From the human T2T-CHM13v2.0 reference genome, Homo sapiens: 64,000 nucleotides of DNA. Where the stretch lies: NCBI RefSeq assembly GCF_009914755.1, contig NC_060936.1; one strand, 5' to 3'. Below, piece after piece: positions 35,694 through 49,385 of the stretch. Under the pieces are notes generated by a model. That model saw only the letters and a program-made list of their open reading frames with translations. It was not told the DNA's origin and did not search any database. Numbering within the stretch: position 1 is the stretch's first letter; each line of letters begins with the position of its first letter. A program made the position numbers and the translations under genes.

Positions 35694-36938
35694 GTATGAA
35701 AAAACCAGTTTTTTTCCAACAATTTTTTTAAAATCATACTTTCATTTAAGTGAATTAAGAGGGAGAAATACCCAATAAACACAATAATCATTTATATTCA
35801 AATTCGGTATAAAATTTCATAGATATTAAAATAACTTCAATTTGATTGACACTTATAGTTCTAATAGATGATATGTTATTATGTTAAGGCTCCATTGGCT
35901 AATGAAGAATGCAATTGTGGTCTCTTCACACAGGGGGATATTTTAGTTTTTTGTTGGTAAAATTTGCTATGTTTGTGTGTCATGGGAAAACATTTTTAAA
36001 ATTATGTTGAGATTTATATAGTTTTAGAAATGCTCACAGCAATTACAGAAATCTTTCAAGATGATTGTAGAGCAATGCTGAAGGTCAGTATGAAAATCTA
36101 GTTATCTTCCATATCAACTTTCCTACTTTATTAGTAGGAAGAATAATTTAGTTCCACCTGGAATCATTCTGATAAATGTTAAAGACTATTTAAGGCTGCG
36201 TTGCCTAGTCTTTGCCACTAGATCTGATGCTTCTTTCATTGAAAAAAGAATTAGGAAAGTTAGATAAGGCTTTGGTTCTTCAACAATAAGGTCTAAATCA
36301 AACATTAAGTGTCTTCAGAGAGGATTTTGTATTAGCTATGGAAATATAGCCAAAGTTGGGTTCTGAAGGACATAGCCAAACTTTTCCTTTTCAATTTGTA
36401 TTTGATTCCTGTTTGCATGTTTTCTCCCAATCTCCACTTTGGGTGAGTTTTTAAAAGGCTGAATCATCTTTCTAATTCACTCTGAGGAAGTAAATTAGGC
36501 AGTTAGAGGATTTGGCACATGAGAAGTGTTTCTATCAGTCATGCTTGGAGAATATTGCTTAGTCATGTCCATATTTCCACTTCCATAATTTTTTAGTAGT
36601 TTTAGGTTCATAGTGGGTCAACAGCAACACATTGACCTAATGACCAGAAAATTGAATCTTGGAAGAATTTCTTCCACTAAGCTCTTTGGCTGATCTCTTT
36701 TGAGAGGAGGTAAAAATCACAATGCTGCTGTCCGAAGAAACCCTTTGCTCTGTGGAATGGTGGGAACTAGATCCAAGTAAATGTGCAGAGAGCACATGGT
36801 GGTCTTCGGCTTTGGTTCCTGGGCCTTTCTCTACTAACCTTCCACTGGACTCTGATTTGTTTCTAATATAGAAATTTTGGTTATAATGGTGATGTTCCTT
36901 CTTAGCTAACTTATCTTCCCCCTACTTTCCTTCCTAAG

Positions 36939-37090
36939 GAGTACTGCTTAAATCTTCCATCAGCTTTCAAAATATCATAGAAGGAACTAGAAATTTCCAC
37001 AAAGACTTCCTAATTGGAGAAGGAGAGATTTTTGAGGTATACAGAGTGGAGATTCAAAACCTAACATATGCTGTCAAATTATTTAAACAG
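36939..37090 (+). CDS. IRAK3: IRAK3 exon 5 (c.437-588; Gly-rich loop and beta-3 lysine)
   Basis: cctaag|GAGTA...AAACAG|gtatgg; (G)VLLKSSISFQNIIEGTRNFHKDFLIGEGEIFEVYRVEIQNLTYAVKLFKQ. Confidence 0.97.
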
Positions 37091-37161
37091 GTATGGAAAG
37101 AATTACTGTCACAGGACATCAGTTCCACTTATTTGTTCATCTTTCATATTAAAATATGTCA

Positions 37162-37666
<505 letters not shown>

Positions 37667-38184
37667 CTAGCCTGCCCTGATTTTCTTGGATTTTTAGGAT
37701 GAGCCGGGTCCTCTCCAGGCAGCCTCACAGGCTAAGCCACAGTTTGGCATTTGGTACTGCTTTATAAATTGTCTTCTATCACAACTCAGAAGGGTGGAAG
37801 GAGGAGGCTTTCGAGTAGGAACAACAAACCAACAAACAGAGTAGGAGGTCAGAAGACAGTTGATTGACTGCAGCCAATGAAGCAAAAAGGGAATTCCAGG
37901 ATCAAGCTCAGGAGTCAGTCAGAGATAGGTCCACACACAAACACAGAAGAGCTGCTCTTCGTTTTCTTCATAGTTGGTCAACAATAAGTAAACATTTACT
38001 AAACTCTTATATGGACTGGGTGCTGAGCATGTAGAGATGAATAAGGCATAGTTCTGTCCTCAAGGAGCTCACAGTCTCTCTGGTGAAATAGCCAGGAAAA
38101 CAAAAGATTAAACTGTTGTAAAAGAGGTACTTTAGCGAGAATTGTACAAAAGATCACAGAAGCACATAAAAGATAGCAACTCTC

Positions 38185-39292
38185 ACAGCCATAAAAAAGA
38201 ATGAGTTCATGTCCTTTGTAGGGACATGAATGAAGCTGGAAACCATCATCCTTAGCGAACGAACACAGGAACAGGAAACCAAACACTGCATGTTCTCACT
38301 TGTAAGTGGGAGTTGAACAATAAGAACACATGGACACAGAGGGGAGGGGAACATCACACACCCAGGGCCTGTTGGGGGGTTGGGGGAAATGGGAGGAAGA
38401 GTATTAGGACAAATACCTAATGCATGCGGGTCTTAAAACCTAGATGATGGGTTGATAGGTGCAGCAAACCACCGTGGCACATGTATACTTATGTAACAAA
38501 CCTGCATGTTCAGCACATGTATCCAGAGCTTAAAGTAAAATTAAAAAATAAATAAAAAAGAAAAAAAAAGAAAAAGAGGTTTAATGGACTCAGTTTCACA
38601 TGGCTGGGGAGGCCTCAGTATCATGGCAGAAGATGAAAGGCACGCCTTACGATGCAGACAAGAGAGAAGTTGTGCAGGGAAACTCCCATTTTTAAAACCA
38701 TCAGATCTTGTGAGACTTATTCACTGTCACAAGAACAGCACTGGAAAGACCCACCCCCATGATTCAATTAACTCCCACTGGGCCCCTCCCACAACACGTG
38801 GGAATTGTGGGAGCTACAATTCAAGATGAATTTGGGTGGGGACACAGCAAAACCATATCAGAAGTCTATCTGAAAAGGTTACATACCATATGATTCCAAG
38901 TATATGACACTTTGGAAAAGGAGGAACAATTGAGACAGTAAAATATGGTGTCTGGGTGTTTGGTAAGGGTTAGATGAATAGGCAGAGCACAGATGATTTT
39001 TAGGGCAGTGAAACTACTCTGATACTGTAATGGTGGATACATATTATCATATATTTGTCAAAACCCATAGAATATACCACACTAAGAGTGAACTCTAGTG
39101 TAAACTACGGTAATAATGATATGTCAACTTAAGATCATTGATTTTAACAAATGTACCTCACTGGTGTGAGATGTTAATAATTGGGAAGCTGTGTGCATGT
39201 GTGTGGGAACGCCTTACTTTCCTCTCAATTTTTTGTAAATCTAAATCTGCTCTAAAAAATAAAGTCTACTAATTAAAAAAAAAAAAAAAAAA
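38185..39292 (+). mobile_element. Composite insertion: 5'-truncated L1PA7/8-like element plus 3'-transduced THE1 LTR and old-L1 fragments
   Basis: L1 3' end 38185-~38570, antisense THE1 ~38570-38860, old L1 piece to AATAAA 39258-39263, poly(A) 39275-39292; one 17-bp TSD brackets all of it. Confidence 0.85.
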
Positions 39293-39725
39293 GATAGCGA
39301 CTCTCTCCTCCCAGAGGAGGGCTGTGTCTGGCACCCAGAAGAGTATCTGGCCAGAGTAACCACTCAGTAAACAGTTCTCAAAAACAAATGGGGAAACCAT
39401 CCAGCTGGATTTTGAAGGATGAGTAGAATTTTGGCAGGCAGTAAAGGAGGGGAATTACATTCCTGGTGGAACAAATAGCAGTTGCAGAGACCTGGAGGTG
39501 TGTGTATGAAAACGTAGGTCTTCCTCATGAATAGCATTTCATTCAGTGCAGCGGACTGGGTGTAGGGAAGATGGTGAGAAGAGGATGCTGGAAAGATATT
39601 AAGTCTGTGGGTGATTTTTAAGTAGGAGACTGAAAGATTTGTGTTGTTAAAATATGACTTAGATTCTAGGTTAGATAGTGGATTGGAAGTTGGCAGAAGA
39701 ATTGGGGGAAAGATGGCAAGAGCTA

Positions 39726-40172
<447 letters not shown>

Positions 40173-41290
40173 CTATATATTAGAATTATCTAGGAGCTTT
40201 TTAAAAAAATGAGCCTTTAAAAAAATTGACTTTTAAAAAAATGGGCCTTTAAAAAAATGAACTTTTAAAAAAATGGTAGTCACCAGTATTTTTTAAAAGG
40301 TCCCAAGGTGGTTCACATGTGTAGCCACTGTTGAGAGTTAATGCTGTTAGCCTGGGCAAAGTCAGTGAGGATGCAGAGGAGAAAGCATGTCTAAGAGACG
40401 AGGTGAAGTGGACCACATCTGATTATCTGTTGGATAGGAGTGGGGAAGAAGGAGGGTTTCAAGGTGATTCCGAGTTTGCAGCTTGCATTACCGTACCGTT
40501 TTAAAAATTATTTACCTAATTTCTCCATTTCTCCAAATTGCATTTAGTACTACTTAATTGTACATAGAAATCTCAAAATTACTGAGAAGATGAACAGTCT
40601 GCTAAAGAAACAACCAGCTGGCCCAACTATTCAACAAATAGAATGTGGTTGCTCTAGAGGTGGCCAAGCTAAAGCCTGTTTCTTAATGCCAATGTGTCCC
40701 TGGCCCCAATTCGTACATTGTCTTATGGTTGAGCCTCAGGACCCCATCCCCAAAGGGTCCGTCCAGTCTACTTTCCTACTCTCTCTGCAGCTGCCACCAA
40801 ATCACACTCCCTTTTGGGAGTTTTCTTTCCATGAGTCTGAATGGTATTGATTGCTTCTAGAACCCCTTCCCTTTCTTTCTTAAAGAAAGGTGTTATTTCC
40901 TGGATTGTCTTTGACCCCTCCAGTGTGGTTTGGGTGACACTCCTATGTGTAGCAATAGCATCAAAGCATTACGTTATTCACCCACCTCTCTCAAAGGACT
41001 GGGCAGCTTTTTTTGAAGAGCTCTTATTTGTCTTTGTATCCTAGTGCCTTATTACAGGGCCTTGCCCATAGTAGCTCAGTAAATGTTTGCTGGATAAATT
41101 GAATGCAGCATACATACCCTTTTCAAGAATTTAGTTGCTAGTTGTTACGAGTAAAAATACCTGAGATTACCAAGGTGTGTACAAAGTCTTACTGTCTCTA
41201 CATACATTTTAACTTTCTCTTAAGGTGGTAAATGAAAGTATGGCCGGACTTTGCCCTTCTGCTTTTATCTCCGCCCCCTATTTTAACCCA

Positions 41291-41309
41291 ACATGCACGT
41301 GCACGTGCG

Positions 41310-41362
<53 letters not shown>
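41291..41362. repeat. Compound purine-pyrimidine repeat (CACGTG)2(CG)n(CA)n
   Basis: Unbroken RY alternation over ~72 bp. Confidence 0.95.
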
Positions 41363-41364
<2 letters not shown>

Positions 41365-42703
41365 ATCAGGAAAAAATGAGAGCATTTAATGAAGCCTTAG
41401 CCACAGAACATTGTTAAAGAAATGCAGTTTTGTAACATTGGTTCATTACCAATTACTTTTCTTAGAGGGACTGAGGTGGGAAATTGTACTAGGTGTGTTA
41501 GATCTGTGCTTCTCTAACTTTAATCACCTGGGAATCATCTTACAATGCAGATTCTGATTCAGCAGATCTGACAGGAGCCCTGGATTTGCCATTTCTCGGC
41601 AGCTCCTAATGAAGCTGGGGTTTTTTGGTCATAGACCACATTTCAAGCAACAGGGTGTTAGAGTGCTACATTAGCATAAACAAAAAAACCGACTCCTTCA
41701 TTTTTCAGACTGGAAAACTATGGCCTTAGGGAAGTTAAGTGACTGACAAAGAATCACAAATAGCGAGTGTTAGAGATGGGCGGAAAATCCAACCCATCTG
41801 GCTCCCAGGACAATGGTCTTGTAAAATGTAAATTCTGATAAAATGGTCCTTGAAAATGATTTTTTAGCCTGATTTATTGTTTCTGACTTCCTAGTTCAAC
41901 TTGGAAAATAGTTTCCAAAATTCCTGTTGAATTTCTCTCCCTTTATTCCTGAGGGCAGAACTCCAAAACTCCACCTTCTCTAGCAATTTGCAAATGATAG
42001 AACGTTACAACTGGTGAGACCTAGGAGCATACTTAATTTAACTCTTTTGGTAGAAGTTGGAAACCTGAGATCCAGAGACATGCAATGACCTAAGATATAT
42101 GAAGGCATCAAGAACAGTGCTAGGGACAGAGTAGGTGTTCAGTACAATGTTACTGAACTCATTAAAATATTCATGTGTCAGGCTCTGGGCTATCTTCTAA
42201 AGCTTCTTGAAAGTAAAGAGTTATATTTTTATTTGCTTAGTAAGCCCATCTTTTCAAAAGGCAAAGGTAAACTTGAACTGACATATCCAAATAACCCAAG
42301 TCATAAACACCAAATTAGTGAAATTTTGTAGCAGAATAGAAATAACACAAGTTGGATTCTTTATAAGATCAAGTTGGGGAGGTTCTAGCTGTCATGGGAT
42401 TGTCTTTGAATACATAGAATGTTTTTGAATTTATGTAAATGTGTGCAAAATATGATGAAAGAGTTAACATGGCGATACACTGCATGAAAAACCTTCAATT
42501 CAAGAACACTGGTTCTAGATCTCTTTTGGGGCTAATGGATTGTTGAAAATCTGTTGAAAGCTAAATGTCATCTCCCCAGAAAAGTGTTCATATGTGTTTA
42601 CACCAAAAAGTTCATCTAATTTAGGGAGACTATAGACCCTGGGTTAAGAATCCCAGAAACAGATCCTTTCCTTAATTTTGTTCTTGTCTTTCTGTATATG
42701 TAG

Positions 42704-42768
42704 GAGAAAAAAATGCAGTGTAAGAAGCATTGGAAGAGGTTTTTATCTGAGCTTGAAGTTTTACTACT
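42704..42768 (+). CDS. IRAK3: IRAK3 exon 6 (c.589-653; alpha-C helix)
   Basis: tgtag|GAGAAA...CTACT|gtgagt; EKKMQCKKHWKRFLSELEVLL(L). Confidence 0.97.
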
Positions 42769-44748
42769 GTGAGTATGTTTTCTCTGGAATTTCCTCCTCT
42801 TTGTGCCTGGGTTTCATCTCTGTTCATTTTTTATTTTACAGCACAGAGCTTGGCGTGACATGTAATAAATTTGGGTTGGATGTTAGAACTTCGAATAAAT
42901 TTTGATATCTGCTTTAGTATATTCCTTAAAGTACATTTTAAAATAGATCATTTACATAATTCACTTGAACATATTTTAACAGGAAACTGTCACAAGGAAG
43001 TAGGTTAAATCATGTGTGACTAACATGGCTGAATAGTAATACTTAGAACATTAGAGTGGTCTATATTTCACCATTTCCTCCTTCCTTAGAGAAATTCCAG
43101 TCTAGAAGCTGTTTCATCAGTATAACTCTATTCAGGAAGAGAGTTTTAGACAAAGAAATCAAGCGCTTTTGATGTGCATATTATTTTTCTGGAATTCACT
43201 CCTGAGTCTGAGAGTCCTTGGAGACAAATTGAAATGACTTCGTTTTCATATACATATTCATATCTGCAGCTGTGCAGCCTTCCTCATTGAAGGCCTCTAA
43301 CCCTGTAGAGTTCACTTGTCATCCTTTACAAATAGGAAACTTTTTCAGATTTTTTTTTAACCAAGATGTGAAGTCGGGAAGCAGGGAGGAAGCTGAAGAG
43401 AGAAGGCATTATACTGAATCCATTTTCTTTTATACTGAAGACCAGAAATCAAAATAGTAGAGGCTAATCATCAAAGCTTACATATCACTTAGTCAATAAA
43501 AAATGAAATCCAAAATTGTAATAGTAAAAAGTTTTTACATGTGAGTTTTATTTATTGGCTTATGAAAGTAAGATTCAAACATTGCAAAATTTCAAAAGTA
43601 CAAAAGCATAGACCAGGAAAAGATTTTCTCCCACCATTATCATCCAACCACCCAGCTGATCTTTCCAAAGTAACAGTATTACCAGTTCCTTGTATATATT
43701 TCCAGAGATATTTTGTGTGTAGGCAAATATGTATTTTGTTTTCTTATTTTTCTCCCTTAACACAAGAGGTGACATGAACACATTGTACACATTGCTTATT
43801 TTCATATTCTATTATATTCTATACAGTAGTTTACATAACCCACTGTTCACAATTTCTTAGATTTGTTCCAATATTTTATTATATGAAATAATGCTGCAAC
43901 AAGAAAACCTTGTATATATGTTATTTCATACTTATTTGAGTATATCTGTAAAATAAATTCTCATAAATAAAATTATAGTATCAAATGGTTATGTGCATTT
44001 TATCATAACAAATTGTCCTCCAATATAAGTTATACCAATTTACTTTCAAAGCAGTCATATGAGAGTGCCTGGTTTTCCATTGTTGCCAAGCTAGTATTTA
44101 TTCTTACCTCTTAATTTTCGCCAATCTGATAGGTGAAAATAGTTTATCAGGGTAGCTTTTGAAAAAATATTTAATTGACAAATAAAAATTGTATATATTA
44201 ATGTGTACAATGTGATTTGATATACAGTATGTACACATTGTCTAAAGATCACCACAATCAAATTAATACATCTATTACCACCCATGCTGTACTTTAGATC
44301 CCCAGAATGTGTTCATTGTACAATGGAAAGGTTGCCTGCTTTGACCAACATCTGTCTATTTTTCCCAACCCCCAGCCCTTGGTAACTATTTTTCTACTCT
44401 CTGCTTCTCTACGTTTGACTTTTTTAGCTTCCACATATAAGTGAGATCATGCAGTATTTGTCTTCTGTGTCTGGCTTATTTTACTTAGCATAATGTCTTC
44501 CAGGTTCATCCATGTTGTTGGAAATGGCAGGATTTTCTTCTTTTTATGGCTGAATAATATTCCATCGTGTGTGTGTGTATGTATGTGTGTGTGTGTGTGT
44601 GTCTCACACTTTATTCTTTATCCATTCCTCTGTCAATGGACATTTAAGTTGTGTCTATGTCTTGGTTACTGTGAATAATGCTGCATTAAACATGAGAGTG
44701 CAGATATCTCTTTGAGATACTGATTTTATTTCTTTTACATACGTACCC

Positions 44749-45106
44749 TGATATGGTTTGGTTCTGTGTCCCCACCCAAATCTCATCGTGAATATACTCC
44801 CATAGTTCCCATGTGTTGTGAGAGGGACCTGGTCGGAGATTATTGAATCACGGGGGCAGTTTCTCCCATACTGTTCTTGTGATAGTGAATAAGTCTCACA
44901 AGATCTGATGGTTTTAAAAAGGGGAGTTTCTCAGCACATGCTCTGTTCTTTTGTCTGCCGCCATGTGAGATGTGCTTTTTATCTTCCACCATGATTGTGG
45001 GGCATCCCCAGCCACATGGAACTGTAAGCCCATTAAACCTCTTTCTTTTGTAAATTGCCCAGTCTCAGGTATGTCTTTATCAGCAGCATGAAAATGGACT
45101 AATACA
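44749..45106 (+). mobile_element. THE1 solo LTR
   Basis: TGatatggtttgg...ggactaataCA with 5-bp TSD TACCC (44744-44748 / 45107-45111). Confidence 0.93.
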
Positions 45107-45999
45107 TACCCAGAAGTGAGATTGTTGGATCTTATGGTAGTTGTATTTTCAGTTTTTTAAGGAACCTCCATTATGGCTGTACCACTTTATATTCCAACCA
45201 ACAGCATACAAGGACTTCTTTTTCTCCATACCCTCAGCAACTCTTGTATCACTTGTCTTTTTGATAATAGCCATCCTAATAAGTGTGAGGTGATATCTCA
45301 TTGTGGTTTTGATTTGCATTTTTCTGATGATTAGTGATGTTAAGCATCTTTTCATATACCTCTTAGTCATTGGTATGTCTTCTTTGAAAAACTATCTCTT
45401 TGGGTCATTTGCCCATTTTTATCAGGTTATTTGCTTTTTTGCTATTGAATTGTATGAGTTCCTCACTATTTTGTATCTTAACACCTTATTAGATATATGG
45501 TTTGCAAGTATTTTCTCCCATTCCATAGGTTTCCATTTCATTTTGTTGATTGTTTCCTTTGTTGTGCAGAAGCTTTTTAGTTTGATATAGTTCCACTTGT
45601 TCATTTTTGCTTTTGTCACCTATGCTTTTGGTGTCATAGCCAAAAAATCATTGCCAAGACCAATGTCAAGGTAAATTTTCCCTATGTTTTCTTCCAGATT
45701 TGTATGGTTTCAGATCTTACATTTAAGTATTTAATCCATTTTGAGTTAATTTTTGTATATGGTGTAAGACAAAGGTCCAATTTTATTATTTTGTATGTGG
45801 GTATTCAGTTTTCCCAACACCATTTATTGAAGATAATTTTCTTCTTCTGTTGTATATTCTTGGTGCCATTTTCAAAGATTAGTTGATGATATATATGTAG
45901 GTTTATTTCTGTTATTTTTTTTTTTAAATTCTATTCCATTGGTCAATGAGTCTGTTTTTATGCCGGTGCCATACTGTTTTTATTACTATAGCTCTGTAA

Positions 46000-46355
<356 letters not shown>

Positions 46356-47283
46356 TGTTCTTCTTTCTTAAACTCACTTACTGTTTTGGGTCTTTCATGG
46401 TTCTATATAAATTTTAGCATTTTTCTTCTATTTTTGTGAAAAATGGCATTGGAATTTTGATAGAAATGTGTTGAATGTGTAGCTCACTTTGAGTAGTATG
46501 GACATTTTAACAATATTAATTCTTTCAATTCAGGTATGTAATGCATCTTTCCATTTATTTGTGTCTTCTTCAGTTTCTTTCATCAGTGTCCTATAGTTGT
46601 TAATGCACAAAATTTTCACCTCCTTGGTTAAATTTATTCCTAAGTGTTTTATTCTTTTTAATGCTGTTGTAAATAGGATCATTTCCTTAATTTCCTTTTC
46701 AGATTGTTCATTGTTAGCATATAGACACATAGTTGATTTTTATATGTTGATTTTGTATTATGCAACTTTTCTGAATTTGTTTATTGTTCTAACAGTTTTT
46801 TTGGTGGAGTCTTTTGGGTTTTCATCATGTCATCTGTAGACAGAGCCACCTTTAACTTCCACCTTTCCAATTAGGATGCTTTTATTTCTTTTTTATTGCC
46901 TAATTGCTCTGGCTAGGACTTCCAGCTCTATCTTGAATAGAAATGGAAAGGGTGGGCACACTTATCTTTTTCCTGAACTTAGAGGAAAAGCATTCAGCTT
47001 TTCACTGTTAAGGTATGATGTTAGCTGTGGGTTTGTCATATATGGCATTTATTACATTGAGATACATTCCTTCTATACCTAATTTGTTGAGAGTTTTTAT
47101 CATGAAAGGATGTTGAATTTTATCAAATGCTTTTGCATTTGTTGAGATGGTTTTGTGATTTTTATTTTTCAGTCTGTTAATATGGTGTATCATTTACATA
47201 TTTGCACATGTTGAACCATCCTTGCTTCTCAGGGATAAGTCCTGTTTGACTCTGGTATTTCATCCTATTAATGTTCTGTTGAA

Positions 47284-47591
47284 GACTGGGCACAGGGGCA
47301 CATGCCTGTAATCCCAGCACTTTGGGAGACCAGGAAGGTGGGTCACCTGAGGTCAGGAGTTCAAGACCAGCCTGGCCAACATGATGAAACCCCATCTGTA
47401 CTAAAAATATAAAAATTAGCCAGGTGTAGTGGTGCACGCTTGCAATCCCAGCTATTCAGGAAGCTGAGGCACAAGAATTGCTTGAACCCGGGAGGCGGAG
47501 GTTGCAGTGGGCTGAGATCATGCCACCACACTCTAGCCTGGGCAACAGAGCAAGACTCGATCTCCAAAAACAAACAAACAAACAAACAAAA
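47284..47591 (+). mobile_element. AluS
   Basis: TSD AATGTTCTGTTGAA (47270-47283 / 47592-47605). Confidence 0.92.
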
Positions 47592-48374
47592 AATGTTCTG
47601 TTGAATTTAGCTTGCTAAATTTGTTGAGGATTTTTGTATCTATGGCCATCATGGATATTGGCATATAACGTTTTCTCATTGTGTTCTTATCTGGCTTTGA
47701 TATGAGGGTAATGCTGGCCTACTAAAATAAGTTTGACAGTGTTCCCTCGTCTTTAATTTTTTAAAAGATTTTGACAGGGATTAGTATTAATTCTTCTTTA
47801 AATGCTTGTTAGAATTTACCCAGAATCTCTATGGTCCTGGACTTTTCTTCGTTGGGAGGTTTTTGATTATTTAATCAATCTCCTTGGTTGTTATTGGTCT
47901 GTTTAGGTTTTCTATTTCTTCATGATTCAGTCTTGGTGGATTGTATGTTTCTAGGAATCCATCTATTTCTTTTAAGTTTTCCAGATTGTTGGCATACGAT
48001 AGTTCATAATAGTCTCTTATGATCCTTAGTGTTTCTGTGGTATCAGTTGTAATGTCGCCTCTTTCATTTATATTTTATTTATTTGAGGCCTCTCAAAAAA
48101 ACAAGTCTCATAGTATCAATTTTTCTGAGAGATATTAATAATCCTTTTATATATTTAAGAGATATATTTTATTTTCTATGAAGTAGCTTATAATATTCCT
48201 TACCTATTTTTTAAAATTAGGCTTTTTTTAGTGGTTCAAAGGAATATTTTATAATTCCTATTAGAAAATCAGCCTATTTTTATGTTATGAGACGCAAATA
48301 ATTTTTTACCATACTGTCATTTCATCTTTGCTTATTATAGTTTTGACATGTAGAAATGGTTTTAATATAGGTAA

Positions 48375-48833
48375 TTTCACTCGCGTCTGTGTGAAGAGAC
48401 CACCACACAGGCTTTGTGTGAGCAATAAAGCTTTTTAATCACCTGGGTGCAGGCGGGCTGAGTCCGAAAAGAGAGTCAGCGAAGGGAGATAGGGGTGGAG
48501 CCGTTTTATAGGATTTGAGTAGGTAAAGGAAAATTACAGTCAAAGGGGGGTTGTTCTCTGTGGGGCAGGAGTGGGGTGTCACAAGGTGCTCAGTGGGGGA
48601 GCTTTTTGAGCCAGGATGAGCCAGGAGAAGGAATTTCACAAGGTAATGTCATCAGTTAAGGCAAGGACCGGCCATTTTCACTTCTTTTGTGGTGGAATAT
48701 CATCAGTTAAGGCAGGAACATGCCATTTAAATATCACTTCTTTTGTGATTCTTCAGTTACTTCAGGCCATCTGGATGTATACATGCAGGTCACAGGGGAT
48801 GCAATAGCTTAACTTGGGCTCAGAGGCCTGACA
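48375..48833 (-). mobile_element. HERV-H LTR7 solo LTR
   Basis: Minus strand begins tgtcaggcctctgagcccaag and ends gtggtctcttcacacagacgcgagtgaaa; tandem cacaaaagaagtga U3 repeats; flanks GGTAA/GTTAA. Confidence 0.92.
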
Positions 48834-48913
48834 GTTAAGTTTATCAATGTTTTCTTTTGCGGATTCCAGATTTTATGTTATAGTTTTTGCCATTAAAAGT
48901 TATCATGGTTTGA

Positions 48914-49239
<326 letters not shown>

Positions 49240-49242
49240 TTA

Positions 49243-49385
49243 CTTTTTTTTATTTTTATTTTTTTTTGAGACGGAGTCTTGCTCTGTCACCTAGGCTGGG
49301 GTGCAGTGATGTCATCTCAGCTCACTGCAAGCTCTTCCTCCTGGGTTCACGCCATTCTTCTGCCTCAGCCTCCCGAGTAGCTGGG
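49243..49385 (-). mobile_element. 5'-truncated AluY right arm
   Basis: gcaagct and ttcacgccattc Y-type positions; ends at gagtagctggg. Confidence 0.85.
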
